Origin: Pseudomonas aeruginosa PAO1
Lineage (GTDB): Bacteria; Pseudomonadota; Gammaproteobacteria; Pseudomonadales; Pseudomonadaceae
DNA length: 64,000 bases
NCBI RefSeq assembly: GCF_000006765.1
Contig: NC_002516.2
Direction: 5' to 3' (one strand)
Shown here: piece by piece, positions 60,056 through 64,000 of the stretch
Numbering within the stretch: position 1 is the stretch's first letter
Layout of the letters: each line of letters begins with the position of its first letter
Notes under the pieces: generated by a model
The model's input: only the letters and a program-made list of their open reading frames with translations
Told to the model about the DNA's origin: nothing
The model's database searches: none
Translations under genes and position numbers: made by a program

Positions 60056-60144
60056 GACTGCCCCTGGCCGTGCTGCCTCTGGCGAGAGGTTGATACCGAC
60101 CCATTGCTGCCGTTCATGGTGGTGATGACCGGTCAGATGCGGAC
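60056..60144. repeat. Cluster of three cassette-junction motif copies between the HEPN module and DUF2290
   Basis: GACTGCCCCTGGCCGTGCTGCC (60056-77), CGACCCATTGCTGCC (60097-111), inverted GGTGATGACCGGTCAGATGCGGAC (60121-44). Confidence 0.6.
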
Positions 60145-60265
60145 AGTGATCCCGAGAAAATCTGTCCGCTTTTTCTCATGTACATATTATCCAATCTTCT
60201 CGCCACAAAGCGAAACTCTCGGATTCTGATTCTACCGCTTCTATTTGGATTTTCTTTTCGTATTC

Positions 60266-60967
60266 TTACGCGAAATAGAATGATCTTTCCTCAATCTCTT
60301 CAAAATTGATATAATCAACGAGCCGGCACAATGCTTTTTCACTGATCAGCTCTTCTTCATGGCTGTTGCCTTCTTCCATTTCCCCATTATCTCCAGATGC
60401 TCTCCAAAAACTACCGTAATAGTTTTTGAATACCAATAGTGAAAAAGCGTAGGGAGTCAATATGCGTCTGACTGGCCATCTGTTTTCCGAGTGAAAGCCA
60501 ATATGAAAGTGCGAGCACGGATGTGCAAACTTCTTTCTTTGGTCTGGAGCATTTTCATACCTGAGCATAGGTATACCACTCATTGCAGACCTTTCTGAAA
60601 GAATTGTTAGATATTCCTCGTGCTGCAATAGCCCGGACTCTACTAGCTCCTGCAAGCGTCTAAACGACTCTAGCTCATTATCCTTTCCGGAAATAAATGG
60701 ATTAGGGTAGTACGCATAGCGTACGTAATTTTCACGATCCCAGCTAAACTGAAAGTACGAGTAGTCTGTTAGCAGTATGTTATAGTGCGACAAACTGAGG
60801 CCTGCCACATAAACACTTGAGTAAGTAGTTTTGGAGGAAAGTATTAGATCTCTAAATTCTTCGTTTAAAGGCAGTAAGCCAGCGTTTGCAAAGGACTCGT
60901 TCAAATTTAACTTTGAGGCGATCTCCCAGGTCTTATTAATCCCCCTGGTTACGTCTGTTCTATTCAT
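60266..60967 (-). CDS. DUF2290-family protein, partner in the Helicase+DUF2290 anti-phage system
   Basis: YNILLTDYSYFQF, MLRYE, HPCSHFHIG motifs; 8-bp overlap with the helicase. Confidence 0.75.
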   Translation of the reverse strand: MNRTDVTRGINKTWEIASKLNLNESFANAGLLPLNEEFRDLILSSKTTYSSVYVAGLSLSHYNILLTDYSYFQFSWDRENYVRYAYYPNPFISGKDNELESFRRLQELVESGLLQHEEYLTILSERSAMSGIPMLRYENAPDQRKKFAHPCSHFHIGFHSENRWPVRRILTPYAFSLLVFKNYYGSFWRASGDNGEMEEGNSHEEELISEKALCRLVDYINFEEIEERSFYFA

Positions 60968-63095
60968 CTTTCTCCTCCAGAGAAAGAATGTCTGCGATTT
61001 CGTCCTCGGTGAAGCCTTCGTCCTTCAATTTTTGTATATATTCATTCCTGATTTTCTTGGCCTTAATACTTCTCTTGCTTAGATCCCTTTGTATAAGGTC
61101 AATTTCAGAAATGTCTGGCATTTTGAATTTAAGGTGTGGGAAGTTCCTAAGGGCAGTGTCTATTTCGACTGCTACTCTTCTTGCTGAATCACCAAGTCCT
61201 GAGACCCTGAGCCATGCCTTTGTTCTTGTAAAAGCGGCGAAAATCTTGTTTCTATCAGCGCGAAGGCGTAAAGACAAAGCATCAACACCTAGCGCAAAAA
61301 CCACAGCCGCCTCGTTTCCTTTTGCACGATACACCGTAGATAGCGTGATCTTCCCGCTTATACTGAATGGCGGTTCTGAATAGGGGTCTGCATGTATGTT
61401 ATTCACTGATATTTCATGCGATGCGAGACTTTCTGACAAATAACGGAAATAATTTCTCATGTGACGGTCATCTAACGCCACCACAATAATATCTTCCGGA
61501 AGAAGTCCCATATCAAGAAAGTTTATTATCTCTTTAGTTATCCAGCTTATTTCTTTTTCAAAACTGCTTGCTATGAAGTTACCTATTAAAGGGGGGAGGC
61601 CATCCGTATCAAGGGCTACAGGGCTATTCTCTACTGGTCTAAGAATTTCAATGTCATTTCCGACTTGAAAATCTGGTGTTAGCACATCATACCCAACGTC
61701 ACGCCAATGATCAGGGCTTTCAAGTAGCTGAACAATATTTGAATATATCCCAAACCCTAGGGCATGTGCTGCTACGAGAACTTCTCTTTGGTTTCTATAG
61801 CATTTACTAAGTACTGTATCGTTAGTTGCTCCAGGCGGTAGATTCTTTTCGGCCCTAGCTAGAGAGATACGGGGCTCTCCATCATCGTCCTGTCCGAATA
61901 GCTCTGCTGGAGAGCGCATTTTTACATTTAGAATATTTTGCAGCTCATCATATGCCCATACTATATTTTTTTTGTCTCTATCGCCCTTTGCCAGTTCAAA
62001 GCAAAGTTTATAAAACCCGTCTGGAAAGTCCTGCCCTTCGTCGATGAGTATATGGTCGTAGTATTCAAGGCTTTGAGCGCTATTGATCAATTCCTCACAT
62101 GCGAAGCTAAATGGCTCGACTCCCCTGGGCGCAGCATCCCTTGCTGAACTATATGAGCGGGGCATTCTACCTGATCTTCTGCAAGCATCTGCGTAGGTTC
62201 CGCTGCTATTGCTACCTCCCCAGCCATGCCTTATGTGGATGTTGTTCCAGTCGGGATCAATCTCTTTGTAATGCCTATAGAACTTTGTTACTAAGTCTTT
62301 AATCGGTGATCTAAGGCTTTTTGTGAAAAAAGTTACCAGTATTTTATCGTTGGGCCTTGTCATATGAAGGTGTGCTGCCTTCATAGCCAAGATAACCGTT
62401 TTTCCCGACCCGGCCAGGCCTCGTATTCGTTGAGGGCCATCTATTGTTACAAGTGCTGCCCGTCTCTGCTTCTGATCAAAGTTGGCAATTTCTGACTCAA
62501 GTTTGGCTAGGGCGGCAGCTGCTGGTGTAACTTCCGGATCTTCAACAATCCTTTTGGAGGCTCTGGTTAGCGCTTTTGCACCTTCCAGAACAGATCGAAT
62601 CTCTGAAAGAGTCTCTGCGTTAGACTCTCTGTCTTTAAGTTTTTCAATTAAGGCTTCAAATGCGCCATACGACGACACGAGCTCACAATCAAGATCTTCG
62701 GGTAATACATCTGTTTTTTGATCGCAATATATAACGGGTGTGACTTCAAAGGAAAGCTTTGATCTCCCTTCTCTTAGTGGCTTGCTTTTTAGCAGGCGGC
62801 CAATCAGTATGCTGCAGAATTGATTAAGTGACTCATCGGCTTGTGAGAGTGCACCTTGATTTAGTCTCGCCAGGTTTATTAGTCGTATTGCTAAAATCCC
62901 GTGGGCGGGACTAAGTATAAGCACATCTGGCTTGTGAGTTACCGTGTCGTAGTCGGAGTATGCCGGAAAATCGTAATAAAGAGCACTTCCCGCCAGGTTT
63001 AATCGGTCACTATTACTTTCTATATAGCTAATGAATTCTCGACCTAGCGGATCTTTGTTTAGTCTGTCGGTAGTTACCAGAATATCTATTGACAT
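60960..63095 (-). CDS. SF1 (UvrD-like) helicase with N-terminal NERD-like domain
   Basis: GLAGSGKT, LIDEGQD, CYRN, TVYRAKGNE, AFTRTK; N-terminal KPDVLILSPAHGILAI. Confidence 0.9.
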   Translation of the reverse strand: MSIDILVTTDRLNKDPLGREFISYIESNSDRLNLAGSALYYDFPAYSDYDTVTHKPDVLILSPAHGILAIRLINLARLNQGALSQADESLNQFCSILIGRLLKSKPLREGRSKLSFEVTPVIYCDQKTDVLPEDLDCELVSSYGAFEALIEKLKDRESNAETLSEIRSVLEGAKALTRASKRIVEDPEVTPAAAALAKLESEIANFDQKQRRAALVTIDGPQRIRGLAGSGKTVILAMKAAHLHMTRPNDKILVTFFTKSLRSPIKDLVTKFYRHYKEIDPDWNNIHIRHGWGGSNSSGTYADACRRSGRMPRSYSSARDAAPRGVEPFSFACEELINSAQSLEYYDHILIDEGQDFPDGFYKLCFELAKGDRDKKNIVWAYDELQNILNVKMRSPAELFGQDDDGEPRISLARAEKNLPPGATNDTVLSKCYRNQREVLVAAHALGFGIYSNIVQLLESPDHWRDVGYDVLTPDFQVGNDIEILRPVENSPVALDTDGLPPLIGNFIASSFEKEISWITKEIINFLDMGLLPEDIIVVALDDRHMRNYFRYLSESLASHEISVNNIHADPYSEPPFSISGKITLSTVYRAKGNEAAVVFALGVDALSLRLRADRNKIFAAFTRTKAWLRVSGLGDSARRVAVEIDTALRNFPHLKFKMPDISEIDLIQRDLSKRSIKAKKIRNEYIQKLKDEGFTEDEIADILSLEEKDE

Positions 63096-63613
63096 TTCAC
63101 GCCCTTAAATCAGTTGGCTCTAAAGTTGTGCGCCTAAGTGTTCGAAGGCACTTATTAATAAGCTATTTTTTCAATAAAAGCGCGCAAGCTTGCAATGAAG
63201 TGGTGTGCGCGTTCATAATAATCAATTTTTCTTTCACTGTTTGCTCGGAGTCCTTTTCTTTCGGGAAGACTAGCGCCTAGCTGATTATTCAGCAATCGCC
63301 ATCCCGAGAGATTGACCCAAGTTTCGGTAGGATTTTCCGTAGGCTAGGCTAGTTTGGCCTGCTTCCGGCATAACCTATCCGGTGCAGATCCTCCATTAGT
63401 TGTACGCCGCATGACGGTTCACCGGGGGCTGGATCATTCTGCCGGCGAGCATCAACTCCATCACGCAGAGCTCCCCCTCGTGGGCGATAAGCAAAAGCGT
63501 GCGCGCGCGCCCTCAAGGGCAAGACACTGGAAAAGTGAATGCAGGGCGATAATTGAATTTCCCGTCTAGCTTAGCTGGACCAAGACCAGAGTGGAGGACC
63601 AAACCAATTCGGC

Positions 63614-63637
63614 GTCCGCTTCTGGCCGAAATCGGCC
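63614..63637 (+). repeat. Cassette-junction motif copy (right end of the island)
   Basis: GTCCGCTTCTGGCCGAAATCGGCC; 63614-63628 is a 13/15 inverted match to 60130-60144. Confidence 0.65.
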
Positions 63638-63814
63638 ATCGAACGCCCACTCCACAAGCAATTTCCCGCTCCCACGAATCCAGATCGTGCCTACACACCG
63701 TCACGACGCAGTTACAGCATTAGGAAAACCCACACGCGCTGGTGGGGCATGCGACATGAGTGGCTTCCCCTCCGCCAGCGCGCTCAGGAACGACTGGCAG
63801 AGGGGTCGCCCACC

Positions 63815-64000
63815 CTACACCCAGCGCCGGAACAACAGGCTGGCATTCACCCCGCCGAAGCCGAAGCCATTGGACAGCGCGTGTTCCATCGGCCAGCGCC
63901 GGGCTTCGCCGCGAACCAGGTCGAGGCCCTCGGCGTCGGTGTCGGGCGTTTCCAGGTTGAGCGTGGCGGGGGCGAGCTGGTCGCGCAGTGCCAGGACCGT
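63815..64000 (-). CDS. fabF2: 3-oxoacyl-ACP synthase II, C-terminal fragment (window edge)
   Basis: Translates TVLALRDQLAPATLNLETPD...ALSNGFGFGGVNASLLFRRWV*. Confidence 0.9.
   Translation of the reverse strand, partial: TVLALRDQLAPATLNLETPDTDAEGLDLVRGEARRWPMEHALSNGFGFGGVNASLLFRRWV

Noticed and set aside
59774-60117. Small ORFs 59774-59992 and 59896-60117 inside the island
   Set aside because: No SD, no motifs, mutually overlapping, and they run across repeat or IS-like DNA.
63151-63193. Palindromes CTTATTAATAAG and GCAAGCTTGC upstream of the helicase as repressor operators
   Set aside because: Short palindromes in AT-rich DNA, and no regulator gene in the island; unsupported.
60149-63309. 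ATCCCGAGA direct repeat at 60149-57 and 63301-09 flanking the helicase module
   Set aside because: Only 9 bp with divergent flanks; plausible by chance, so not called an att site.
63354-63704. Small ORFs 63354-63569 and 63513-63704, possible transposase remnant
   Set aside because: No recognisable DDE or HTH similarity by eye.

Overview
Pseudomonas aeruginosa chromosomal segment. From memory of gene order and protein sequences (no database search), it is syntenic with PAO1 PA1316-PA1373. Positions 1-52.8 kb are mostly GC-rich core genome: a truncated MFS gene, cyoABCDE, two TonB-dependent receptors (one with an ECF sigma/FecR pair), ilvA2, a trypsin-NucA fusion, aauRS-ansB-ggt-aatJQMP, pagP, an ECF42/DGPF cluster and the MATE pump pmpM. 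From ~52.9 kb to ~63.7 kb lies an accessory region between the second TonB receptor and fabF2, increasingly AT-rich towards the right. It holds a Fic gene with a small upstream partner, a PhzF-like gene, an IS1182-family element, an unknown gene plus a HEPN-motif gene, and a Helicase+DUF2290 anti-phage pair. No integrase, tRNA or CRISPR array was seen. Main unexplained structure: the accessory modules are each bracketed by inverted copies of a degenerate ~24-bp motif (GTCCGCTTCTGGCCGATTGCTGCC-like), and the IS sits at the centre of one such palindrome, which suggests a cassette-like defence/TA array. Other elements missing from the ORF track: a Thr/Ile attenuator before ilvA2, a 50-aa CxxC small protein, a probable antisense RNA over the RBS of a 107-aa gene, paired ECF42 promoters, five phased PhoP half-sites and a 1-bp frameshift in a methyltransferase. 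All coordinates and identity counts were made by hand.
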